Below, piece by piece: positions 29,775 to 39,484 of a stretch of DNA of 64,000 nt (positions are counted from its first letter, which is position 1; each line of letters opens with the position of its first letter). Source of the stretch: Candidatus Woesearchaeota archaeon (GTDB lineage: Archaea; Nanobdellota; Nanobdellia; Pacearchaeales; GW2011-AR1); assembly GCA_964518625.1 (NCBI GenBank), contig CAZFHC010000001.1, forward strand, positions 111 to 64,110, read 5' to 3'. The notes under the pieces were generated by a model. The model worked only from the letters and a program-made list of their open reading frames with translations. It was not told the origin of the DNA and ran no database searches. The translations under genes and the position numbers were made by a program.

Positions 29775-30446
29775 ATGAAAGGAGCTATCAAGAAACTAGT
29801 TATTGGAGGGATTTTAATGGCAATGCCTGTTATAGTCGCTGCTGCTGTAACAAAAGAGGATAGGAATGAATTTAATACTTATGGAATAAATTTACCAATA
29901 TCTAATGAATCTGAAAATAATAATAATCCAGAAGTTATTTATCAAATTAATCAAGAGGATTCAAAATTAGAAAAAAAAATAACAAATACACCTGTAATAC
30001 AAACCCAACGTGAAGAAAATAAAAATTTATATCAAAATTTTGTTGAAGAAAATAAAAATTTATATATTATTCAGAAACAAAAAAACATTTTAGGTATTTT
30101 AAATGATATTGATCCTGTTAAGATTGAAGATTTAAGTAAAAAAGAATTAGAAAATTTGGTTAATATTGATTATGCTTCTATTAATAATAAACCTCTTTTA
30201 GATTTAGATTTACTAGACAAACAAAGTAACAAAAGTGGAAAAACTCTTGATCTGTATTTAACTGATAAAATTCAAGTAAATAGTTCAAATATTAAACTTA
30301 TGGAACAATATGCTGATGTAAACAAATCTATTTTTGATAATTATTTATTAAATAACCAAAATTTTGCAAATTATTTTATAGAAAATGGAGCAGTTAATTT
30401 GGGAAAAGGTTTATTGGATAATGATATTACATATACTGGATCATAA
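29775..30446 (+). CDS. Secreted protein (signal peptide, internal EENKNLY repeats)
   Basis: N-terminal MKGAIKKLVIGGILMAMPVIVAAA. Asn/Lys-rich. A TATA (ACTTATAAAGG) lies about 30 nt upstream. Confidence 0.45.
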   Translation: MKGAIKKLVIGGILMAMPVIVAAAVTKEDRNEFNTYGINLPISNESENNNNPEVIYQINQEDSKLEKKITNTPVIQTQREENKNLYQNFVEENKNLYIIQKQKNILGILNDIDPVKIEDLSKKELENLVNIDYASINNKPLLDLDLLDKQSNKSGKTLDLYLTDKIQVNSSNIKLMEQYADVNKSIFDNYLLNNQNFANYFIENGAVNLGKGLLDNDITYTGS

Positions 30447-30488
30447 TATCATAAAAAAGTTTCAAAAGCAGCAAAAGAAAAAGAAGAA

Positions 30489-30686
30489 ATGGCAAATTAT
30501 AAGAAAAATCATAAGACAAATTATATAACACCTACGACAGAAATTATTATTACGCCGGAAGGACCTGTTGTACAACCTATTGATGGATATATCTCAGGAA
30601 GTGATTCTATTGATGGCGATGGTGGGAGTGCATCTGTTGGAGGATATAGCTCTGGTGGAAGTGGATCTGTCGGAGGAGGGAATTAG
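30489..30686 (+). CDS. Small Gly/Ser-rich peptide
   Basis: 65-aa ORF ending in GGSASVGGYSSGGSGSVGGGN. It sits immediately upstream of a surface protein gene. Coding status uncertain. Confidence 0.3.
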   Translation: MANYKKNHKTNYITPTTEIIITPEGPVVQPIDGYISGSDSIDGDGGSASVGGYSSGGSGSVGGGN

Positions 30687-30687
30687 T

Positions 30688-32073
30688 ATGAAAAGTAATA
30701 ATTTAATTCTACTTGGGATGTTGTTTTTGTTTAGTCTTGCTTTTGTTAGTGCTAATATTAATGTTAGATATACTGTTTATGAAGCTGAACTTAATGATAC
30801 TAATGATTTGATTGAGACCAGTAATATTGTATCTGGATTTAATGTTGATGTATATACATGTGCTAATTTAAATTGTTCTTTGAAAGGAGCTGAAGTTACA
30901 TCTCTTTCAACTAGTACAAGTGTAGATAATGTTGTTATTAGTTATCCAACTGTTCGATTAAGTGATTATGGTTATGCTTTATATTTTTATGATGAAGATT
31001 ATATTGGTTATCAAGTATGGGGTGAGAAAGCTCAAGGAGATTCTACTGATACTTTTGATGCTCCTAATGTATATTTAGCTAAAAAAACAAATAGATGGTT
31101 ACCTATAAAATCATTTGATGGTGTTTCTAATACTTTAATTGGAAATATCCTTAAATTTAATACAACTGTTGGATTTAGTTCTGCTGATCTATTTTTACCT
31201 GACACAAGACATGTTGATATTGATTTGAAAGAAAATATTAGTGGTTTGGTAACATTTAGTGTGATTGATACTAGTGATTTAAGTGTTGTTTATACTCAAG
31301 TTAAAAATATTGTTTTAGATTATGATGCTGAGACAGATTTAGATTTTGATTATAATTTTAGTAGTATTGGAATTTACAATGTTTGGATTACGACTGAAAT
31401 TGATGACTTAAAAATTATTAATAAAAATTTAGAAAAAGATGTTGTGCAAGTAAAAGTTGTTGAGACTACTAATAATAATTATTCTTTTTCTGAATTAAAT
31501 ATTGATAGAATTTCTGATAACACACCTCAAGTTAATGAAGAAATTGAAATTGATTATTCATATAAATCTAGATATGTTGATGAATTTGGTATTAAGCAAA
31601 AATCAAATTCTACAATTGTTATTAGAATTGATGATTCTTCCAATAATGAAATTTATAATTTTACAGCCTCCTTTAATGATACTGGGAAAAATAAGTTTGT
31701 TTATACATTTAATGATGCTGAAAATTATTTGATAAAAATGAGTATATGTCCTGAAAGAATTGATGGAAATTATAGTTTGTGTTATGAGGAAAATATAACT
31801 ATTTCTGTATGGGAAATTTATGATGGTGATGATGATGATGATGATAGTAGCACTAGCTCTAACAGTGAAATAAAGATTGATATATCGAAAAAATCTACTA
31901 AAGATATTGTATCCGATTTTGTTGTCAGTACTTCTAATTCATACTCTGGAATAGATAAAAGTGAAAACTTCTATCAAGAATTAGAAAATAATTGGCCTGT
32001 TGTGCTTACATTTACTGTTGGGAATCTTCTTTTGATTGGATTGATTGCCTTCTACTTTTTAAAACCATTTTAG
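30688..32073 (+). CDS. Surface/cell-wall protein with signal peptide, poly-Asp stretch and C-terminal TM anchor
   Basis: The start at 30688 (MKSNNLILLGMLFLFSLAFVSA) is preferred over the ORF-track start at 30568. DDDDDD falls at the (GAT)6 repeat. The C-terminus is WPVVLTFTVGNLLLIGLIAFYFL. Confidence 0.5.
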   Translation: MKSNNLILLGMLFLFSLAFVSANINVRYTVYEAELNDTNDLIETSNIVSGFNVDVYTCANLNCSLKGAEVTSLSTSTSVDNVVISYPTVRLSDYGYALYFYDEDYIGYQVWGEKAQGDSTDTFDAPNVYLAKKTNRWLPIKSFDGVSNTLIGNILKFNTTVGFSSADLFLPDTRHVDIDLKENISGLVTFSVIDTSDLSVVYTQVKNIVLDYDAETDLDFDYNFSSIGIYNVWITTEIDDLKIINKNLEKDVVQVKVVETTNNNYSFSELNIDRISDNTPQVNEEIEIDYSYKSRYVDEFGIKQKSNSTIVIRIDDSSNNEIYNFTASFNDTGKNKFVYTFNDAENYLIKMSICPERIDGNYSLCYEENITISVWEIYDGDDDDDDSSTSSNSEIKIDISKKSTKDIVSDFVVSTSNSYSGIDKSENFYQELENNWPVVLTFTVGNLLLIGLIAFYFLKPF

Positions 32074-32114
32074 TTTTTCTAAAGATATAAATACCTTATT
32101 TTATTTGTTATTTT

Positions 32115-33182
32115 ATGAATAATGAAATTATTGCAGATAATGCTAAGCTTGTAAAAGAGTTTGGTGCGAAAGATATAAATGACTTAGCAGAGCTACCAAA
32201 CTTGTATACTTTTAAGAAAGGATTAATTTACTCTCATAGAGATTTTGATAGATTCTTTAAGGCTTTAAAAAATGGAGAAGAGTCTGCTATTGTTTCTGGT
32301 ATTAATGCTTCTGGAACTTTACATTTAGGACATAAATTAGTTTTTGATACAAATCTATTTTTCCAAAAAGAATATGGAGTAAAAGTTTTTATCCCAATTT
32401 CTGATGATGAAAGTTTTGTTGCTGGTAAAGTTGATACACAAGAAGAAGCTAAAAATAATGCAATGAAACTTGCTAAAGAAATGTTAGCTTATGGATTTGA
32501 TCCTAAAAAAACATTTTTTATTATTGATAATATTTATACAAATATTTATAATTTGGCTTTTAAAATGAGTAAAAAAATCAATTATTCTGAGATTAAAGCA
32601 ACTTATGGTTATTCTCCTGATAAAAATATTGGTTTACATTTTTATCCTGCGGTTCAGACTGCTCATGTTTTATTTCCTCAAGAGAGGTTTAATATTAAGA
32701 ATGTTTTAGTCCCTATTGGACCTGATGAAGATGCTCATTTAAGAATTGCTCGTGATATTGCTAGTCGTTATGGAATTCCCAAACCTGCTGTAATTCATGT
32801 AAAGTTTTTACCTGGCTTGGATGGTGAAAAAATGAGTAAATCTAAAAATAATGCTATTTTTTTAGACGATAATATAAAAAGTGTGAAAAGAAAATGTAAT
32901 AAAGCGTTATCCGGTGGACAGGAAAAGGTAGAAGATCATAGGAAATTGGGTGGAAATCCTGATATTGATATGGCTTGTCAGTATTTAAAAAATTTCTTTT
33001 TAGATGAGAAAGGAAGTGAAGACTTGTTTAATAAATATAAAAAAGGCCAATTATTAAGTTCCGATATCAAAAATATACTTTATGAACACATTTCAAAATT
33101 TATTATGGATTTTCAAAAGAAAGTTGAAAAAGTTGATGGAAAAATATTGGATGAATGTATTCTAAAAAATTCTTTAAATTAA
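32115..33182 (+). CDS. trpS: Class I aminoacyl-tRNA synthetase of the Trp/Tyr family, likely tryptophanyl-tRNA synthetase
   Basis: SGINASGTLHLGH is the HIGH motif. KMSKSKNN is the KMSKS motif. The size and N-terminus resemble archaeal TrpRS. Trp versus Tyr is not resolved. Confidence 0.6.
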   Translation: MNNEIIADNAKLVKEFGAKDINDLAELPNLYTFKKGLIYSHRDFDRFFKALKNGEESAIVSGINASGTLHLGHKLVFDTNLFFQKEYGVKVFIPISDDESFVAGKVDTQEEAKNNAMKLAKEMLAYGFDPKKTFFIIDNIYTNIYNLAFKMSKKINYSEIKATYGYSPDKNIGLHFYPAVQTAHVLFPQERFNIKNVLVPIGPDEDAHLRIARDIASRYGIPKPAVIHVKFLPGLDGEKMSKSKNNAIFLDDNIKSVKRKCNKALSGGQEKVEDHRKLGGNPDIDMACQYLKNFFLDEKGSEDLFNKYKKGQLLSSDIKNILYEHISKFIMDFQKKVEKVDGKILDECILKNSLN

Positions 33183-33907
33183 AAATTATATAATTTTAAT
33201 ATTGTGTTTGTTGTTATTTTCTTTACTGACTTATCTAAGACTTTTTCACTTAAGTTTATTTCTTTTATAATTTCTTTTGCTTCATTCTTTGTTTTTCCTT
33301 GTTCTACTAATGAATATATTATTGCATTCTTTGTTTTTCCATTTTTTTGTAAGATTGATTTTATTAGTTGTGTTTTTAAATTTTGTTCTCTTGATGTTAA
33401 TTTAATTAACCATGAATTTACTCTTGGTGATGGAATAAATTCTTTTTTATCAATTTTTTTGATATAATTAATTTGATAAAAGATATTTGCCAAAACTCCT
33501 GACTTTGTTTTGTTATTTTCAAGAATTATTTTAAATTTTTCTCCTACAATTAATGTTAAGGATGAAATATCCTCGATTATTGACTTGTTTAAAATTTGTT
33601 CTGAAAGATTGTATGGGATATTCGCAATTATTTTATTGTAATTTATCCATGGAAAAATTATTGCATTGTCATAAATTATTGTAAGATTTTTTGATTTAAT
33701 TGGTTCTAATTTATCTTTGTATTGTTTATCTATTTCAAATATTAAAATTTTATTTGATAACTTTGCTAATTCTTTTGTTAGAGCACCTTCCCCTGCACCG
33801 ATTTCTATTATTTTATCTGTTGATTTTATATCGGAAATTTCAATTTCTTTTTGAATTATTTTAGGATTAGTTAAGAAATGTTGTCCTTTTTGTAAATTTT
33901 GTGACAT
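33179..33907 (-). CDS. ksgA: 16S rRNA (adenine1518/1519-N6)-dimethyltransferase KsgA/Dim1
   Basis: KGQHFLTNPKIIQKEIE....KIIEIGAGEGALTKEL; IANIPYNLS. Confidence 0.85.
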   Translation of the reverse strand: MSQNLQKGQHFLTNPKIIQKEIEISDIKSTDKIIEIGAGEGALTKELAKLSNKILIFEIDKQYKDKLEPIKSKNLTIIYDNAIIFPWINYNKIIANIPYNLSEQILNKSIIEDISSLTLIVGEKFKIILENNKTKSGVLANIFYQINYIKKIDKKEFIPSPRVNSWLIKLTSREQNLKTQLIKSILQKNGKTKNAIIYSLVEQGKTKNEAKEIIKEINLSEKVLDKSVKKITTNTILKLYNF

Positions 33908-34013
33908 AACTAAGAAAGAAGATTCTGGTTTAATTGTTTAACGGTTTATTATAAATAAAATTAATATTAATTAAAATACTTAACTTTATTAATGGTTTTT
34001 TCGAATTTTTTCT

Positions 34014-35387
34014 ATGAATAAAAAGAACACAAATAAATCTAGAAAAAATCTTATTTTAGATGGTCCTATTGTTAAAACATTGGTTTCTCTTGCGATGCCT
34101 ATTATTTTTGCAATGGTTTTGCAGATGATTTATAATTTAACTGATACTTTTTGGGTTGGTCGTTTAGGTGCTAATGCGGTTGCATCTGTTTCTTTAAGTT
34201 GGCCTATTCTGTTTTTGATTACTTCTTTTGGTAATGGTCTAGGTATTGCTGGAACTATTTTAGTTTCTCAATATAAAGGTAAAAAAGATCATAGAAATGT
34301 CGATTTTATTTCTGCTCAGACTATTAGTGCAATGTTCTTGATTTCTGCTGTTGTTGGAGTTTTTGGTTTTTTAATTTCTGGACCTTTGATTGGTTTAATG
34401 GGAGCTTCTCCTAGTGTTATTCCTGATGCTGTTAAATATTTGAAAATCTCATTTTTAGGTGTTTTATTTTCTTATATCTATTTTAGTTTTCAGTCTTTGA
34501 TGAATGGTATTGGTGAGGTAAAGATTCCTTTGTATATTGTTCTTTGTTCGGTTCTATTGAACTTGGTATTGGATCCTTTATTCATTATGGGTTGGAATTT
34601 TATACCTAGTTTTGGTGTTGCAGGTGCTGCTTGGACTACAATTATTTCTCAGGCTTTGTCTTCTCTTGTCGGAATTATAATTTTGATTAAAGGAAGTCGT
34701 GGCATTAAGATGCATTTTAAAGATTTGATTCCACATGTTGGAATTTTTAAGAAAATGTTTAAATTAGGAACACCTGCTGGTATCTCTCAATCTGTACGTG
34801 CATTAAATATGGTTCTTATTACTTTTCTTGTTGTTGGTTTTGGTACAATTTCAGTAGCAGCATTTGGTTTGGGTGTTCGTATTTTAGGATTAATTATTGT
34901 TCCTGGGATGGGATTTTCTATAGCGATTTCTACTATGGTTGGTCAAAATATGGGAGCTAAAAAGATTGATAGAGCAGCACATGTTTCGAATAGGGGAATG
35001 TTACTTGCTTTTGTTACTTTGACTTTGTTTGGAATTATTATGTTTATTGCTGCTAAAAGTGTTGCTAGTGTCTTTGTCCCTGGTGAGATTGAAGTTATTA
35101 GACAGAGCGCTTATTTTATTCGTGCTATGGCTTTGACTTTCGGGTTTATTGGTCTGAATATGGCGATAATCGGTGTTTTTAATGGCTCTGGGAATACACA
35201 TAATGGAATGTTTCTATCTGTTTTGTCTTTGGTTTTTTTGTTTTGTTTTGGGTTCGGATTATCTAGATTTACTTCCTTAGGGATTAATGGCGTTTGGATT
35301 GCTTATCCTATTTCTAATATTTTAACCGGCTTGATTTCGTTTATTTGGATTAAGAGAAGTCGTTGGAAAGAGATAAAAATTATTTAA
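34014..35387 (+). CDS. MATE family efflux transporter
   Basis: 457 aa with 12 TM. The N-terminal P.......LA.P......LQ.....D..WVGRLG pattern is typical of MATE. Confidence 0.7.
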   Translation: MNKKNTNKSRKNLILDGPIVKTLVSLAMPIIFAMVLQMIYNLTDTFWVGRLGANAVASVSLSWPILFLITSFGNGLGIAGTILVSQYKGKKDHRNVDFISAQTISAMFLISAVVGVFGFLISGPLIGLMGASPSVIPDAVKYLKISFLGVLFSYIYFSFQSLMNGIGEVKIPLYIVLCSVLLNLVLDPLFIMGWNFIPSFGVAGAAWTTIISQALSSLVGIIILIKGSRGIKMHFKDLIPHVGIFKKMFKLGTPAGISQSVRALNMVLITFLVVGFGTISVAAFGLGVRILGLIIVPGMGFSIAISTMVGQNMGAKKIDRAAHVSNRGMLLAFVTLTLFGIIMFIAAKSVASVFVPGEIEVIRQSAYFIRAMALTFGFIGLNMAIIGVFNGSGNTHNGMFLSVLSLVFLFCFGFGLSRFTSLGINGVWIAYPISNILTGLISFIWIKRSRWKEIKII

Positions 35388-36078
35388 ATTCTGGTTTAGA
35401 TATTTCTTGAATTTGACCTTCCCCTAAATCACCTAATCCTAAATCACCTATTTTTGTTCTCTTTAACATAAATATTCTATACCCTAAAAAATCTTGTAAC
35501 ACTCGTCTTATTATTCTATTTCTTCCTTCATGGATTGTTATATCAAAGGTATTATCTCTCCTATTTGTAATTTCACCATCAAAATTTATTCCATCAATTC
35601 TCATTCCATGTTCTATTTGTGCAATATCTGTTTTTTTGATTTTTGGATCTGTTCTTATTTTATATTTTTTTTCTACATGGTTTTTAGGATGTGTTAATTT
35701 GTTTGTAAGTTCTCCATCATTTGTTAATAATAACAATCCTTCACTCAGTCCATCTAATCTTCCTACGTAATTTAGATTAAATTTCAATTTTTTTTTCAAT
35801 TGCTGTAATGATTCTAAATCATAAATTGTTTTTCTTTTTTCTGGGTCATCTTTTGTTACGAGATATGTTTTAGGTTTATTTAGAATGTAGTAGTGTTTTT
35901 TTTCTTGTATTGTAATTGGGGTATCGTTTATTAGAATAATGTCTGTTTCTTCTGCTTTATCTCCTAATTTTGCTATTTCACCGTTAAGCTTAACTTTTCC
36001 TTCTTCTATTAACTTTTCTGCTTTTCTTCTTGAGCATTTTCCTGTTGAAGCGATTATCTTTTGAATTCTTTGTTCCAT
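35380..36078 (-). CDS. RsuA/RluB-family pseudouridine synthase (S4 domain + catalytic domain)
   Basis: S4-like N-terminus (RIQKIIASTGKCSRRKAEKLIEEGKVKLNG) and the catalytic VGRLDGLSEGLLLLTNDGEL. Confidence 0.75.
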   Translation of the reverse strand: MEQRIQKIIASTGKCSRRKAEKLIEEGKVKLNGEIAKLGDKAEETDIILINDTPITIQEKKHYYILNKPKTYLVTKDDPEKRKTIYDLESLQQLKKKLKFNLNYVGRLDGLSEGLLLLTNDGELTNKLTHPKNHVEKKYKIRTDPKIKKTDIAQIEHGMRIDGINFDGEITNRRDNTFDITIHEGRNRIIRRVLQDFLGYRIFMLKRTKIGDLGLGDLGEGQIQEISKPEFK

Positions 36079-36100
36079 ACTTAATTAAAGAAATATTGGT

Positions 36101-36589
36101 TTATGAGGCTTTGGTTTTAAAATTTAGATTAAATATCATCCATTCTGTTCCAGAGACCTTTGATGGGGTAAAAGATAAATCATCTGTTTGGTGAAATCCA
36201 TAATGTTCATAAATTTTTATTGCATTTTCATTTCGTTTATCAACTTCTAACAATACTTGAGTTATGTTCTTTTCTTTAGTATATTTTAATAGCTCGTTAA
36301 ATGTAGCATGAAATATACCTTTATTTTGTTGATAAGATTCTACATAATCTATAAACATTGGTCCTTGGATCCTCTCATTAAAAAGATATTCTAATCTTCC
36401 TATTTCTTGGTCATTGTTATCATATGCTAAAATTTGTGAAGAGCCAACCTCCGTTGTGTATTCTAATGAATTTTGCTGTTTAGAATTATTGATAGGTATC
36501 TTTTCACATAATAATTTTGCTGTTTCGGAATCTATTTCTCCATTTAATAATTTATCTGCTATTGTTTCTAATGTTTCTGAATTTCTCAT
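36101..36589 (-). CDS. GNAT-family N-acetyltransferase
   Basis: C-terminal Q/R..G.G..L and ENAIKIYEHYGF pattern. Confidence 0.45.
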   Translation of the reverse strand: MRNSETLETIADKLLNGEIDSETAKLLCEKIPINNSKQQNSLEYTTEVGSSQILAYDNNDQEIGRLEYLFNERIQGPMFIDYVESYQQNKGIFHATFNELLKYTKEKNITQVLLEVDKRNENAIKIYEHYGFHQTDDLSFTPSKVSGTEWMIFNLNFKTKAS

Positions 36590-36694
36590 AGTATTATATT
36601 GATAATAATACTTTTAAAACTTTGGTTATGGAGTTATTATAAAGTAGTTACATATTATATTTTATCGTTGAAATTTTTCTAGAAAATAAATTAT

Positions 36695-37246
36695 TCATTC
36701 AATTTTACTATTTTCAATAAAGACATAACTTGAATCTTTTGCTTGATATAATTCCCTATGTTGACAAATACCCATTGCAAAATTATTTGATTCATTAACT
36801 TTTAATAATGTCTCAATTTTATTTTTTGTTGATCCTAACTCTATTGCTTCATCTATTAACATTTTAGTTATATACTTCTTGTCTAAAGAATAATCTTGTT
36901 CTTTTTTATAAACCTTTATTTCATCTATAAACATTAGTTCTTTTTTTATATCATTAAAATGATATTTTAATTTACCAACTTCTTCATTATTATCATTATA
37001 TACTACAATTCTAGAAGTTTTAGGTATACTTAATACTGTATATTCTGAGGATTTAATATTATTATATAAATCTTCTGCTGATTTTAATGATTCTGGAGTA
37101 ATTTTTGAATTTTGAGAAAAATTTGGTATTAATTCTAAATCTTGTAAAGGTATTATTCTTTCTTCTAAACCTAAACAACACTCTCCTCTTACTAAAGGAT
37201 TTTCGTTATCTTCTAAATCTTCTAAAATTGATTCAAAACATGTCAT
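36695..37246 (-). CDS. Hypothetical protein (possibly acyltransferase-like)
   Basis: 183-aa ORF with no clear motif. Confidence 0.3.
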   Translation of the reverse strand: MTCFESILEDLEDNENPLVRGECCLGLEERIIPLQDLELIPNFSQNSKITPESLKSAEDLYNNIKSSEYTVLSIPKTSRIVVYNDNNEEVGKLKYHFNDIKKELMFIDEIKVYKKEQDYSLDKKYITKMLIDEAIELGSTKNKIETLLKVNESNNFAMGICQHRELYQAKDSSYVFIENSKIE

Positions 37247-37361
37247 ATTATTTTATATATTATAATGTTTTTAAACCTTTAGGTATGTCATTATATAATA
37301 ACTACATAAACTACATTTTTTGCACAGATATCTTTAAAAAGATAATCTTGATAATTCTTGC

Positions 37362-37919
37362 ATGGGATTTGGTTTTTTGATTTTGCCAACTTTGATTTTT
37401 TTATCTAGAATTTGTGATGTTACTCTTGGAACTATTAGAATTATTTTTGTAGCTAAGGGGAAAAAATATTTGGCTCCTGTTCTTGGATTTTTTGAGGTTT
37501 TGATTTGGTTAATTGCAATGCAACAGATTATGAGTAATGTTACGAATATTTGGTTATATATTACTTATGCTGCAGGTTTTGCTGCGGGAAATTTTGTTGG
37601 GATTATGATTGAAGATAAATTATCTATTGGGAAAATTATGATTAGAATTATTACCCAGAATGGTGCAGATGATTTAATTGATGTTTTGAAAGATAAGGAA
37701 TATCGATTAACTTATGTAAATGCTCATGGTCGTGATAATAAAGTTAAAATTATTTTTTCTATAATTGATAGAAAAAAAATTAAGGATATAACAAGTATTA
37801 TTCATAATATTAATCCTAAAGCATTTTATAGTATTGAAGATATTAGATTTGCTCGTGAGGTTGATCAGAATAATCCATTATTTTTCAATTCATTTGGATA
37901 TTATACAAAGTGTAGATAA
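37362..37919 (+). CDS. UPF0316/DUF2179 family membrane protein
   Basis: The NIWLYITYAAGFAAGNFVGIMIEDKLSIGKIMIRI and NPKAFYSIEDIRF segments align with the B. subtilis UPF0316 protein pattern as I recall it. Confidence 0.55.
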   Translation: MGFGFLILPTLIFLSRICDVTLGTIRIIFVAKGKKYLAPVLGFFEVLIWLIAMQQIMSNVTNIWLYITYAAGFAAGNFVGIMIEDKLSIGKIMIRIITQNGADDLIDVLKDKEYRLTYVNAHGRDNKVKIIFSIIDRKKIKDITSIIHNINPKAFYSIEDIRFAREVDQNNPLFFNSFGYYTKCR

Positions 37920-37940
37920 TGGACTTAGAGTCCATTTGTT
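37918..37940. repeat. Copy 1 of the 23-nt palindromic motif (AATGGACTTAGAGTCCATTTGTT)
   Basis: A perfect 6-bp stem ATGGAC/GTCCAT with a 5-nt loop. It overlaps the stop codon of the UPF0316 gene, at the convergent junction with the 37962..38339 gene. Confidence 0.6.
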
Positions 37941-37961
37941 AAATAAAAAAAATTGTTGATT

Positions 37962-38339
37962 TTACTCAACTAAGTTTCTAGCTTGAAAATGATTCATTCT
38001 TTTTTGGAAATTATTTTCAAATTCACCATTTTCTCTTGCTAAAATATTATTTTCATGATTTGCAACTAATTCTTTAAAATCATCTTCTGTCAAACTTTCT
38101 TGCATTCTAGCAATTCTGTCTTCCATTAGTGATTTCCAAGTACTATAATCTTCATTTTCTATTGCTGTTCTCATTACTTCTCTTTCATCTAGAAATAATT
38201 CTTGATCTTCATCAGACATTCTATTAAATCCAAATCCTTGAGCAGCTACTAAACTTATACTAAATAAAGCGATTAAAGATATTGCAAACACTCCTGTTAT
38301 TTTTTTATTATCCATTTTACCTCCTTTCATGTTTTCCAT
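37962..38339 (-). CDS. Small secreted acidic protein (signal peptide)
   Basis: N-terminal ITGVFAISLIALFSISLVAAQG. It is flanked on both sides by copies of the 23-nt motif. Confidence 0.4.
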   Translation of the reverse strand: MENMKGGKMDNKKITGVFAISLIALFSISLVAAQGFGFNRMSDEDQELFLDEREVMRTAIENEDYSTWKSLMEDRIARMQESLTEDDFKELVANHENNILARENGEFENNFQKRMNHFQARNLVE

Positions 38340-38371
38340 AATTAACTTTAGTTTTTTTATTTTATAAGTAG

Positions 38372-38394
38372 AGTGGATTTGCGGTCCATTGGTT
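38372..38394. repeat. Copy 2 of the 23-nt motif (AGTGGATTTGCGGTCCATTGGTT), degenerate left arm
   Basis: It shares GGTCCATTGGTT with copy 3 and lies in the divergent promoter region between the 38339(-) and 38423(+) gene starts. Confidence 0.5.
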
Positions 38395-38422
38395 TTATAT
38401 AGTTTCTAAAGTTATTTTTTTT

Positions 38423-39118
38423 ATGGATAAGATAGGAATTGGGATGGGTATGAGGCACTTGGCTGAGGTAACTTTAGGAACAGAAATTTTGTATTCATTT
38501 GTAATTATTGCCTGTTGTTTAATTATTTATTTTGGAACTAAAGAGTTATATGAATTAAGTTCTCATAAGGGAATTAAATATTTCAGATTATCCTTTTTGT
38601 ATTTTGCTATTGCTTACTTTTTTAGATCATTTTTGAAGTTTGTTTTGACAACAATTAGTAAAACGGATGTTTTTGCTTTTCCTACTAGGAGTCTTGGAAT
38701 GGTTAGTTTACCTTTGTTTATTTATTTTAGTTCTATGTCTGTTATGTACTTATTATATAGCACATTGTATAAGAGAATAAAATTAAAAATAAATTTAGAT
38801 ATTTTATTGAATTTTATTGCCATTGGATTAGCAATTATAAGTTTGGTAATTAGAAATCCTATTTTTAATTTCTATTTACATTTGTTATTTTTTATTATAA
38901 TTATTACGTCTGTTATCATTGCTAAGATTTCGGAAAAGAAAAAACACAATCATTTGTATGTTGTGTATTTGATGTTGTTGTTTTTTTGGGGATTAAATAT
39001 TCTTGGGATGATTATTCCTACTTTCTTTCAAACTATTCAGATGTTGATTTATTTGGCTTCTATTTCTATCTTTTTAATAATGTTATATAAAGTTATTAAA
39101 AATACTGGAGGACATTAA
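38423..39118 (+). CDS. Polytopic membrane protein
   Basis: 231 aa with about 6 hydrophobic helices. Confidence 0.4.
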   Translation: MDKIGIGMGMRHLAEVTLGTEILYSFVIIACCLIIYFGTKELYELSSHKGIKYFRLSFLYFAIAYFFRSFLKFVLTTISKTDVFAFPTRSLGMVSLPLFIYFSSMSVMYLLYSTLYKRIKLKINLDILLNFIAIGLAIISLVIRNPIFNFYLHLLFFIIIITSVIIAKISEKKKHNHLYVVYLMLLFFWGLNILGMIIPTFFQTIQMLIYLASISIFLIMLYKVIKNTGGH

Positions 39119-39390
39119 TGGCGAAGAGAGGAAAACTTGAAATCATTAGAGACATTTTATTTATAATTCAAGAAAATCGTAATTCTATTAAGAAAACTCC
39201 ATTAATTAGAAAGTCTAATTTGTCGACTGGTAGATTTAATGAATATTATTCTGATTTGATGAGGAAGCGATTTGTTATTGAGATTGTTAACAATAAGAGT
39301 GGAAAAGTTGTTTCGTTGAGTGAGAAGGGACGTAAATTTTTAGAAAAATATCAGGTTATTGTAAGTTTTATTGATGAATTTAATTTGTAA
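39118..39390 (+). CDS. Small winged-helix-like DNA-binding protein
   Basis: 90 aa. Its start overlaps the upstream stop (ATGG). Basic HTH-like segment. Confidence 0.35.
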   Translation: MAKRGKLEIIRDILFIIQENRNSIKKTPLIRKSNLSTGRFNEYYSDLMRKRFVIEIVNNKSGKVVSLSEKGRKFLEKYQVIVSFIDEFNL

Positions 39391-39484
39391 ATTACTAATC
39401 CTGAAACTTTAATATTAGAATTTTCTGCTACTCATATTAAAAAAGAAATAAGCCTCTAAAGAATAAAAGAGTAAAATAAAAAAA

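Noticed and set aside
30568-30687. N-terminal 40-codon extension of the surface protein ORF (track start 30568)
   Set aside because: The extension overlaps the preceding ORF and has no signal peptide. The internal ATG at 30688 is followed immediately by a canonical signal peptide.
31824-31844. (GAT)6 trinucleotide repeat
   Set aside because: It lies in frame within the surface protein and encodes a poly-Asp block. It is a low-complexity coding repeat, not a regulatory or mobile repeat.
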